A stretch of DNA of 64,000 nt, taken from the IMG/VR virus record IMGVR_UViG_3300032213_002833, positions 6,528-70,527 of that record. One strand, 5' to 3'. Positions 29,449-37,431 of the stretch are shown piece by piece. Position 1 is the first letter of the stretch. The number at the start of each line of letters is the position of its first letter. This stretch comes from a virus. The notes under the pieces are model-generated. The model was not told where the DNA came from, made no database searches, and was given only the letters and a program-made list of their open reading frames with translations. The position numbers and the translations under genes are program-made.

Positions 29449-29603
29449 AACCCCGAATTTTCTAGTAGCGGCACCTTTACGCGGCCGTCGGTTCTACTTG
29501 CGATGATCGTTGTTCCTTATTCTCCTACCCTTTTATTTCGGAACTAACCTGCTTATCTTTAAATACGAGTTTCTCAAGGGTACAGGTTATGTTTGTTTTT
29601 TGC

Positions 29604-30407
29604 TTAGGCAGCTATAAATTCAGCTGCCATTGCAAATAGTTTTTGGTTAATTTCTAGGTCTTGTTTGAAATTCTTCACTTTACGTGCTTTTCTAATTCTA
29701 GTACCTGACATGTATTGGAAATCACCTTCCAATATTTTCTCTTGAATCACATTGAACACTGACCATAAATCACTACCTTTATCTTCAGGTCGTGTTGGTT
29801 CAAGTAACAAATCTAAATCAATTTTAACTGAATCAATTTGTTCTTCTGTGAAGCGAGTTGACAATGCTTTTTTAGCTAATTCTTTTGCTTGCTCTTCACT
29901 CAATTTGATTGCTTTCATTTTATTCATTGATTCAACTGTCAAAGGCAATTGTTCAACCATTTCACGGATTTGTGATTGCAACTCTTCAAATGTATAGCCC
30001 ATATGGCGAATTCGAACATTTTCAAATTCTTGAGTGGAAATAACTAAACCGTTTTCACACACAATTCGGAAAATTCCGGCTGTAAATGTAAATGCATTCT
30101 TTCCATCATTGCTATTGGTAACAAGAATTTGGGGAAAAACATCATCTCCATCCGCTCCATTGATTACAATGTCTGGGTTACGGAATACAACTAGGTGTTT
30201 TTGGAAACCTTGCCCTTTACGTGCTTTAACTTGTTTAGCATCTACCACTTTGAATCCCAATTTTTCCATATCCTCAATTACTTTAAATGTTGGGATGTGT
30301 GTAAACTTGCTTGATACACTTGGACTTGTTGTTTCAGTGAAAATTGAATTTGCTCTTTCTTTAATCTCACTTGTTTTTAAAAAACCATCTTTGCTTAAAT
30401 CTAACAT
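29604..30407 (-). CDS. DUF932/DUF945-family protein
   Basis: 'SSKFTHIPT', 'FQKHLVVFR', 'NSNDGKNAF...GIFRIVCENGLV', 'LWSVFNVIQE'. Confidence 0.8.
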   Translation of the reverse strand: MLDLSKDGFLKTSEIKERANSIFTETTSPSVSSKFTHIPTFKVIEDMEKLGFKVVDAKQVKARKGQGFQKHLVVFRNPDIVINGADGDDVFPQILVTNSNDGKNAFTFTAGIFRIVCENGLVISTQEFENVRIRHMGYTFEELQSQIREMVEQLPLTVESMNKMKAIKLSEEQAKELAKKALSTRFTEEQIDSVKIDLDLLLEPTRPEDKGSDLWSVFNVIQEKILEGDFQYMSGTRIRKARKVKNFKQDLEINQKLFAMAAEFIAA

Positions 30408-30486
30408 AACTTTTCTTTTTATTTAACTTATTTTCTTAATTTATACTTCAATATACGAACTTTCTCCTGTGAAGCCAATTCCTCTT

Positions 30487-30825
30487 TTATTTGTAAAACT
30501 TACTGTCGTCTATTTCAAAATCATCTTCGTCATCTACCTTGTAGTAGTCATCTTCTTCATCCAAATCATCTTCAATATCATCTTCTTCATCTCGGTATGG
30601 AGGTAATAGACCTGCCTTCTCCACAATCCAGAAAACTCTATCCTTGTATAAATCAATTGATACACCATTTATTTCAGTGATACCATTTATAGTTAATAAG
30701 GCCAATTCAGCTATTAGTTTACATGTGATTTGATCAACTTGTTCTGTTGTTAATTGATTTGCTTTAAATTTATTTTTTAAATCTAAATAATCTACTTCAA
30801 TTGTGTGTTTTTGTTTTTTTGCCAT
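30487..30825 (-). CDS. hypothetical protein with acidic tail
   Basis: 112-aa ORF. Confidence 0.65.
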   Translation of the reverse strand: MAKKQKHTIEVDYLDLKNKFKANQLTTEQVDQITCKLIAELALLTINGITEINGVSIDLYKDRVFWIVEKAGLLPPYRDEEDDIEDDLDEEDDYYKVDDEDDFEIDDSKFYK

Positions 30826-30830
30826 AACCT

Positions 30831-31079
30831 TTATTTTACTATTCTACTTGTTAACAAATTAATTAATGCTTGTACTTCACCAAATTCAGTGAAACGTATT
30901 GCTGGGTCTGTATTGAATACTTCTACATACCAATTATCGTCTTTAATTTCGTCATTTGATCTAGTAATGAATGCTAAACCATCTACAATATCTAAAGCAT
31001 AATAGTATGATTCATCTTCTTCATGTTCTTTCATTTCTTCCTTTTGGAATCTTAAAAGTTGTATTTCTCGTTCTGTCAT
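30831..31079 (-). CDS. hypothetical protein
   Basis: 82-aa ORF. Confidence 0.6.
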   Translation of the reverse strand: MTEREIQLLRFQKEEMKEHEEDESYYYALDIVDGLAFITRSNDEIKDDNWYVEVFNTDPAIRFTEFGEVQALINLLTSRIVK

Positions 31080-31309
31080 AATTTATTATTTAATTCGTCT
31101 CTAATAATTGCTGCTAATTCGTAATCTTCTTCTTCAATAACATGTTGTAATATATCATCTATTAATGCTCTAAAATCACCATTAAATTCTGTTTCTAATA
31201 GAAATTGAAATGCTAATTTATCGTCAATACACAATTTACTATCTCTAATAATTGGGTGGAAATCAATATTGCTTCTTGCTATTTGATTTAAAATTCTTCT
31301 TTCGTTCAT
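31076..31309 (-). CDS. hypothetical protein with UVR-like motif
   Basis: 'EEEDYELAAIIRDEL'. Confidence 0.65.
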   Translation of the reverse strand: MNERRILNQIARSNIDFHPIIRDSKLCIDDKLAFQFLLETEFNGDFRALIDDILQHVIEEEDYELAAIIRDELNNKL

Positions 31310-31365
31310 AACCTTTTTTCTTACTTGAAATATACGAAAGCCCTCTTACGAGGGCTATTCCTCTT

Positions 31366-32121
31366 TTAAATTGCTATTGCATATTGATTTACTAAGCTGA
31401 ATAATTGTTTATTTAATCTAATATCTTCATTCATGTTATTAACATCATGTGTTAAGTTTTCTTGGATTCTGTTGAATACCGTCCATAAATCGTTACTTTC
31501 ATCTTCAACTCTATTAACTGTAAGTAAATCATCAATGTTAATATCTTCTAAATCATTATATCTTAAACGAGCTGCTTCAGTAGCTAACTTACGCATATCT
31601 TCAATTGATAATCCTTTATGTTTCATTTCATTAACTTCAGTTAATAATTTATCAGTTTTATTAGTTACTGAGGCAATGAAGTGATCTAGATTCATATAGT
31701 TAACTTCAATATGTTTGATATTCTCTGATTCAGCGTGTTGATCAAATCTTACTAAACCATTTGTACATACCTGTCTAAACATACCTAAACTCATTTGTAA
31801 TGGTTTTGCTCCGTTACAACTATTTGAAATAGTAATTGATGTATATGCTTCATCTTTACCTTTACTATTTTTAATAGCAAAATCAGGATGATGCATCTGA
31901 ACGTAATTATTTAATATTTTACGATTTCTACCTCGTTGTTCATCAACTCCTTTTAGTTGCCATCCTTCATGTTGTAGTTTTGTAATTACATCTAATGTTG
32001 GAATATAAAATTCCTTTGTTTTAATTTTTTGAACGTTTCTGATGTTGTTTACATCTAACGAATTAGCAAACGCAATTGCTTTGTTGATATCATTATCAAC
32101 GGGGATAAATTTGTACTTCAT
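31366..32121 (-). CDS. DUF932/DUF945-family protein (second paralog)
   Basis: 'NSCNG...GMFRQVCTNGLV', 'DLWTVFNRIQENL'. Confidence 0.8.
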   Translation of the reverse strand: MKYKFIPVDNDINKAIAFANSLDVNNIRNVQKIKTKEFYIPTLDVITKLQHEGWQLKGVDEQRGRNRKILNNYVQMHHPDFAIKNSKGKDEAYTSITISNSCNGAKPLQMSLGMFRQVCTNGLVRFDQHAESENIKHIEVNYMNLDHFIASVTNKTDKLLTEVNEMKHKGLSIEDMRKLATEAARLRYNDLEDINIDDLLTVNRVEDESNDLWTVFNRIQENLTHDVNNMNEDIRLNKQLFSLVNQYAIAI

Positions 32122-32180
32122 ATTTCTTTTTTTTAATTATACTTTAATATACGAAAGGGAGATTGCTCTACCTCTTCCTC

Positions 32181-32984
32181 TTATTCATCTTGATTAAATG
32201 CGTAAAACACTCCGTCTTGATAGATTGAAAAGAATATTTTAAAATCTTTATCGCAATCACGATTCTTTTCGAAATGTAATGAACGCTCTAATCCGTCTTT
32301 ACTACGTTCTACTTTGCAAAATGCTTCCATCATATGTTTCAATCGGTTTGATCCTGCAAATTCATCTGATTTAGTTACTTGTTGAATGTTAATAAATGAT
32401 GTATAGTAATTTAATTTGTTTTTACCTTTTTTAACATCATCTTGTAATTTCAAAAACCATGATTCAGCTTGTTTTGATGTACCTCCGTTTTGATCTTTGT
32501 ACATATCTAATATTTCTGCTACTGAATCAACTGCAATTACATCGTAACCTAAGCTAAATACATGTTCAACTGTTTCTTTGATGTTATCCATATGATCTTT
32601 CAAAAACAACGTTTGAACACAACCAAACGCAGGTATTCTTCTACAGTATTTGTAATGTCCGATTTGATCCATTTCGCCTTGTACTAACAAACATTTCAAA
32701 CCTTGTTTAGTAAATCTAGATAACATATCCATTACTATAGTTGATTTACCTGAACCTGGTCCACCTGCAATCATCATTGATGTACCAGGCATTAAACCTC
32801 CTTCAGTAGATAAAATAATATCTATTTCTGTTTGTGTTTTTAAAGGTATAAACAATGATTCGTTAAAATTCAAATCATTACCTCTAAATAATTTAACCGA
32901 TTCAGGGTTAAATTCAACTACTTGTTTTTGTTTTGCAGGACGACCTCTACGTTCTTGTTTCATTTCTCTAACTTCAATTTTCAT
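32181..32984 (-). CDS. RecA-superfamily ATPase (RadA/Sms-like) with N-terminal AT-hook
   Basis: Walker A 'GGPGSGKST', Walker B 'VIAVDS', 'QVTKSDEFAGSNRLKHM', 'KNR'; N-terminal RRGRPAK. Confidence 0.8.
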   Translation of the reverse strand: MKIEVREMKQERRGRPAKQKQVVEFNPESVKLFRGNDLNFNESLFIPLKTQTEIDIILSTEGGLMPGTSMMIAGGPGSGKSTIVMDMLSRFTKQGLKCLLVQGEMDQIGHYKYCRRIPAFGCVQTLFLKDHMDNIKETVEHVFSLGYDVIAVDSVAEILDMYKDQNGGTSKQAESWFLKLQDDVKKGKNKLNYYTSFINIQQVTKSDEFAGSNRLKHMMEAFCKVERSKDGLERSLHFEKNRDCDKDFKIFFSIYQDGVFYAFNQDE

Positions 32985-33048
32985 AACTTTTCTTTTTTTA
33001 TTTATACTATAATATACGAATTTCTTTTTACTTAAAATATTCCTCTAA

Positions 33049-33282
33049 TTAAATATTACTGTTATAATCTTCTCTAATCTCTTGCATTTCTTTTTTATAT
33101 AAATCTTTATCAAAATAAATTATAACCATAATTAATCCAAATAAAATCTGTATAATAACACCCCATATAATAAAACGTTTAATCAACTTAATATTTGTTG
33201 GATTTTTTAATATTTCAGTTATTAATATAAATAAACCAAATCTAACCCCAACCGCTAAAATAAATTTTTCTACTTTATTCAT
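33049..33282 (-). CDS. membrane protein
   Basis: two hydrophobic stretches. Confidence 0.6.
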   Translation of the reverse strand: MNKVEKFILAVGVRFGLFILITEILKNPTNIKLIKRFIIWGVIIQILFGLIMVIIYFDKDLYKKEMQEIREDYNSNI

Positions 33283-33335
33283 CTTTCTAATTTTATACTA
33301 TAATATACGAATTTTCTTTTAAATATCTTATTCCC

Positions 33336-33545
33336 TCAAAGAAAATATTTTTCTAATTTAAATGAAGTCCCTTGTTGAATAAGTTTAATTTGAGAGTCTC
33401 TATGTAACGGTTTTGCTTCCTCCAATTCATCACTAAATGCTGGGTAACCACCTTGTAAACCACAGAAAACCTGAGCAGCTTCATTTAATAATATGAATGC
33501 TGGTTCAGGTTTTTCTATTAATTTTTTATCTAATAATACTTTCAT
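33336..33545 (-). CDS. hypothetical protein (start moved to MKVLLDKK)
   Basis: a promoter motif at about 33566 lies inside the longer ORF call. Confidence 0.6.
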   Translation of the reverse strand: MKVLLDKKLIEKPEPAFILLNEAAQVFCGLQGGYPAFSDELEEAKPLHRDSQIKLIQQGTSFKLEKYFL

Positions 33546-33597
33546 TCCCTTTGTTTTGCAGGGAATATACGAAAAGAATTTTGGGTATCCTATTCCT

Positions 33598-33855
33598 TTA
33601 GAACCTTGCAAGGGGATCACATGGTGGTAGGTTTTTTGTTGACTCACCCCTTGAATTGAATATTTTTTCTTCAGGCATCACTGAAACTAAAATTCCATTG
33701 ATTTTGAATGAGCCGCCTTGTTTAAGTAATTTTTTGAATAGTGTTTCGTGATTGGTACTCCACTCTTCACTTGCTTTAATTACGGTTTGTTTATCTACTA
33801 TTTGACCATCAAATTTGATGATGATTCCTTTTCTAATTGATTGTGGTGATATCAT
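33598..33855 (-). CDS. hypothetical protein
   Basis: 85-aa ORF. Confidence 0.6.
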   Translation of the reverse strand: MISPQSIRKGIIIKFDGQIVDKQTVIKASEEWSTNHETLFKKLLKQGGSFKINGILVSVMPEEKIFNSRGESTKNLPPCDPLARF

Positions 33856-34063
33856 TTTCTTCTATTATTTCTACTTCTTGAATTGTTTCTACAAACATAA
33901 AATGTGTTCCATTGTTTAAAACGTGATCAACATTTGGTAATACATCTCTACATTCTTTTACCATTTCCATATTTACAACTCCATTTTTACCTGAAAAGTC
34001 GGCTATTTTAATTTGGCGATGAACTATATAGTAATTGTCATTATGTCTATACCACTGTCTCAT
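33833..34063 (-). CDS. hypothetical protein
   Basis: 76-aa ORF. Confidence 0.6.
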   Translation of the reverse strand: MRQWYRHNDNYYIVHRQIKIADFSGKNGVVNMEMVKECRDVLPNVDHVLNNGTHFMFVETIQEVEIIEENDITTIN

Positions 34064-34320
34064 TTTATGTTGTATTGTTTTTTATATTTTTCTATAAATG
34101 ATTCTCCAATTCCAATTTCAACTATTTCATAGTTATTTGGTAATACAGGTTTACGTTTTGAAGCATCTATTATTGTATCAATATCTGATTCTGTAATTAA
34201 CATGTAGTATTTTTTACCTGTTGGTTTTCTATAAATTACCACTGTTGGTATTTTATTTTCGCTTGGTCTTCCTTTGTTTTCGTACTTCATTTCTTGATAT
34301 TTGGATACGAAACGTATCAT
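34060..34320 (-). CDS. hypothetical protein
   Basis: 86-aa ORF, start uncertain. Confidence 0.55.
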   Translation of the reverse strand: MIRFVSKYQEMKYENKGRPSENKIPTVVIYRKPTGKKYYMLITESDIDTIIDASKRKPVLPNNYEIVEIGIGESFIEKYKKQYNIK

Positions 34321-34528
34321 TTATAACATATGTTTCAGAGGGAAGCCAACTACATAGTTGTTCTTCATCTAAATGGACATGTTCCTCTTCTAAGTGTAGA
34401 GTATCATTTGTAATTACTAGTAAGTCAAAATATTCATAATCAATATTTGAACCATAAGCATCACAATCAGCATTTTTAGTTGATTTACAGGCAATCAATA
34501 GCGGTAAAATAAACAGTAATTTTTTCAT
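34253..34528 (-). CDS. putative lipoprotein
   Basis: 'MKKLLFILPLLIAC' lipobox-like; 'CDAYG'. Confidence 0.6.
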   Translation of the reverse strand: MKKLLFILPLLIACKSTKNADCDAYGSNIDYEYFDLLVITNDTLHLEEEHVHLDEEQLCSWLPSETYVINDTFRIQISRNEVRKQRKTKRK

Positions 34529-34529
34529 T

Positions 34530-35123
34530 TTAGATATTTTTTCTTAATATTAAATCATAATAATTAGTTGTTTCTTCCCCTTCTTTTGTGTGTCTAACCC
34601 AAGTATTTGGAAATTCTGTTTTACATTGCTCAATACGCTCTGCTTTTGACTTTGTTTTATCAGTGTAATATTCATAAAATACCCATGATTCCCAATAATG
34701 AGTCTGCTCAGGTGCATTCCATGTAATTGCTATTTGATATCCAAAAAATACAAATGACCAAATTGGAGCCCATTCAAAGCGAATATCTTTATCTGTCCAT
34801 TTTGTTTTCCATCCCAATTCAACAAAGTCAATACCAATACGTTTGTTTTTTGGATAGGTATATCTCATTGCGCGAGAATATGCAGTGTCATAATCGGGTA
34901 CTGTTTGGGGTGATCCATATTTTGCATTGCGTTCATTAAAATCTTCTACACGTTTTATCTGGCGTAATGCATCTTCGTGAGCTAATGCCGGAGTTGCTTT
35001 AACCCATCTACGTGGGTAGAAATATGGGGTACCAATAGCTGTTTTTCCAATATAAAACCTTGGTTTAAGTGGTTTAAATGGGGAGAAATATGCTTTTAAA
35101 TATCTAAAATCTTTCATTTTCAT
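34530..35123 (-). CDS. hypothetical protein
   Basis: start moved to MKMKDFRY, downstream of a promoter-like motif at about 35132. Confidence 0.65.
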   Translation of the reverse strand: MKMKDFRYLKAYFSPFKPLKPRFYIGKTAIGTPYFYPRRWVKATPALAHEDALRQIKRVEDFNERNAKYGSPQTVPDYDTAYSRAMRYTYPKNKRIGIDFVELGWKTKWTDKDIRFEWAPIWSFVFFGYQIAITWNAPEQTHYWESWVFYEYYTDKTKSKAERIEQCKTEFPNTWVRHTKEGEETTNYYDLILRKNI

Positions 35124-35166
35124 TTTTATTATAATATACAAAACATTTTTTAAATAACCTAGTCCC

Positions 35167-35643
35167 TTAATCCCACCAAGATTCAATATTTTGCTCTATT
35201 ATTTTAAACAATAATCTACGTGAACGATCTTGATTTTTATAGGCTATACGCATTGCAATAACAAAATCGTCTTTATCTGTTTTATCTATTAAATCATATT
35301 GTTTTCTATATTTTTTAAAGTATTCATCTAAATTGTCTTCTTCTGAGTAGTCTGTATATTCAAATGCATATAGACCTTCTTGTTGAATCTCAATTAAACG
35401 AGCACATAAAAGCATTTTTTCAGCGTCACGATGAGCATCATTATGTACTCCATTGTTGTGGATATATTTTGCTTGGAATTCTAGTTTTGTTTTAAGTACT
35501 TCATAGATGAAATGCTGATCCCAATCTCTATCGTTCCAAATAGTAGGATACCATCTTAGCATGTTCCTAACACCTTCAGTACAATCATAATACCATTCTC
35601 TAACTTTAGTGTAACGCCACCAACGTATTATTTTGTCTTTCAT
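35167..35643 (-). CDS. conserved phage protein (DRDWD...WWD type)
   Basis: 'IWNDRDWD' and C-terminal 'WWD'. Confidence 0.7.
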   Translation of the reverse strand: MKDKIIRWWRYTKVREWYYDCTEGVRNMLRWYPTIWNDRDWDQHFIYEVLKTKLEFQAKYIHNNGVHNDAHRDAEKMLLCARLIEIQQEGLYAFEYTDYSEEDNLDEYFKKYRKQYDLIDKTDKDDFVIAMRIAYKNQDRSRRLLFKIIEQNIESWWD

Positions 35644-35966
35644 ATTTTAAATAATTCGTAATTACTATTTTCTGTTTTGAACTTGATATAGTCTTCTCTT
35701 TGCTCTACAATTTCAGTTACAACTGTTGTTTGCCAAGTGAAGAATGGGCTGAATGGAGACATTAACAATGATCTACCTATTGCTGGTTCTGTATGTTTTT
35801 CTTTGAAAAATCCATCATCTCCAAATTCCAACCACATTATATCTTCTGATTGTTTTGTTAATCCATCTCTTTCTCTAACCAATTTCCAATTGGGAGTTGG
35901 TTGTGTAAGTTCCTCTGCTAACTCTTCTAAGTTAATTGGTAGTTTAATTTGATTTAATTTGCTCAT
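35640..35966 (-). CDS. hypothetical protein
   Basis: 'WQTTVVTEI...FKTENSNYEL'. Confidence 0.65.
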   Translation of the reverse strand: MSKLNQIKLPINLEELAEELTQPTPNWKLVRERDGLTKQSEDIMWLEFGDDGFFKEKHTEPAIGRSLLMSPFSPFFTWQTTVVTEIVEQREDYIKFKTENSNYELFKI

Positions 35967-36240
35967 TTTGTTTTGTTTTTAGTCCCCACATCAATCCAAC
36001 CCATTCCATTTCTTTTTCAGCACGTGCAGCGTATAGATCTAATTTTTTCATTAAATATTTTTTGCCCCATTTTTTCCATTCATCACGTTGTTCTTCAGTC
36101 ATTTCATATTGATTAAACCAATTTTCTTGATTTTGAATATCATCAAACGTGACGTTATGTCCGGCAATGCGAAACATTTCATTAATCAAATCAACTACTG
36201 CTTGTTCTCGTTTTTCTTCTCTTGTTAATCTCTTTGCCAT
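35944..36240 (-). CDS. hypothetical protein
   Basis: 98-aa ORF. Confidence 0.65.
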   Translation of the reverse strand: MAKRLTREEKREQAVVDLINEMFRIAGHNVTFDDIQNQENWFNQYEMTEEQRDEWKKWGKKYLMKKLDLYAARAEKEMEWVGLMWGLKTKQNEQIKSN

Positions 36241-36241
36241 T

Positions 36242-36466
36242 TTATTCTAAAGTTAAACCACTATCATTTTTCAATTCATGTAGATGTTTTCTAATTCTCT
36301 CTAGAGCATCATATACATCTCCAGTTATTTTGTCATTGTACTTTAATTCAGATCGTAAATGTTGATCTAAATCCCACACTAACATTTTCCATTTAGCTCC
36401 ATTGATTGCTGATTCCATTTCTTCTCTATCTTCAAACGGATCAAATTCTATTGTTACTTTTGCCAT
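36242..36466 (-). CDS. hypothetical protein
   Basis: 74 aa; own promoter. Confidence 0.65.
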   Translation of the reverse strand: MAKVTIEFDPFEDREEMESAINGAKWKMLVWDLDQHLRSELKYNDKITGDVYDALERIRKHLHELKNDSGLTLE

Positions 36467-36577
36467 AACTTATTTTCTTTAATTTATACTTTAATATACG
36501 AAATTTCTATTATAAAAACTAGTCCCTTTGTTTTGAATTCCAAAAAGCTAACCCAATAATTATCCAAATTGTTATTA

Positions 36578-37294
36578 TTATAGCCATATTATTTCATTTG
36601 TTATATTATCCCATTCAAATGATAATGGTAAGTTTGTATATGCATATCGCTCATTTAAAACAGATGCGTTTATAAAATGGGTATGTCCGTTAAAATAATA
36701 ACCTGCACTACCATGAATATGACCAAACACGTGAATTTTTGGTTTAATTTGATCTACTCGATAACGTAACATTTCACAACCAACTCGCAAACTTGAACCA
36801 CCTGGTATATCTAAATGTCCGTAAGGTGGACCATGTGTGATCAATATGTCTGTATTGTCAGGTATAGCATCCCAACGTGCTTTCATTTCATCCCCATTTC
36901 GAGGTAAATTGAACGCCCAATTGTAGAATTCAGGTTGCCACGGTGAACCGTAAATGCGAATATTATCTTCTGGTATGTCTCCATTTGGTCCATCAAAGTA
37001 ATCAACCAATTCTTCATCCTGCAAGTATTCTATTGTTTCAAACTCGTCTAGAATCATTTTTTTCCATTCAGGGTCATTTTCAAATAAACGATCGTGGTTT
37101 CCAGCAATGAATGTTTTGTTTTTGTAGTTGTCTATTTTATCAAACCATTCTAGAAATTGAGTTGCCTCTGTTTGGTGATAACCTGTATTCATAAAGTCAC
37201 CAGCATGAATCAATATGTCTCCACCTGGTAGATCTTTATTTAATAGATGGTGTTTACCGTGAGTATCTGATATGAATGTGATGGTTAATTTCAT
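36578..37294 (-). CDS. calcineurin-like metallophosphoesterase (MPPED/239FB-like)
   Basis: 'SDTH', 'HAGD', 'AGNHD', 'THGPP', 'FGHIH'. Confidence 0.9.
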   Translation of the reverse strand: MKLTITFISDTHGKHHLLNKDLPGGDILIHAGDFMNTGYHQTEATQFLEWFDKIDNYKNKTFIAGNHDRLFENDPEWKKMILDEFETIEYLQDEELVDYFDGPNGDIPEDNIRIYGSPWQPEFYNWAFNLPRNGDEMKARWDAIPDNTDILITHGPPYGHLDIPGGSSLRVGCEMLRYRVDQIKPKIHVFGHIHGSAGYYFNGHTHFINASVLNERYAYTNLPLSFEWDNITNEIIWL

Positions 37295-37431
37295 CCAAAT
37301 ACAATTGCAATTAATAATGTGATTGTAAACCAAGCAGATACTACTAGAATAGGTAATAGATTTTTTTTAAGTGTTTCCATAACTTTTATTTTTTTAATTT
37401 TAATATACGAAAAGAAAATCTAAAATCCAAA

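Larger units (their letters stand above)
20825..36525 (-). promoter_or_regulatory. array of more than 25 early-type promoters, consensus GGA[A/C/G]N-N20-(C/T)GTATATT..AGTATAA on the minus strand
   Basis: + strand aatatac(g/a)a near 20825, 21033, 21438, 21708, 21892, 22400, 22946, 23320, 23463, 24435, 24674, 24955, 25251, 25666, 25950, 26399, 26824, 27463, 28272, 29265, 30450, 31329, 32146, 33011, 33302, 33566, 36494. Exactly 20 nt to attcc/agtcc/cttcc in all 14 copies counted. Each lies just upstream of an ATG. Confidence 0.85.

Noticed and set aside
20825-36525. CRISPR array or integron attC array
   Set aside because: The repeats are short, degenerate and promoter-shaped, separated by whole genes of variable length; no cas operon or integrase is present.
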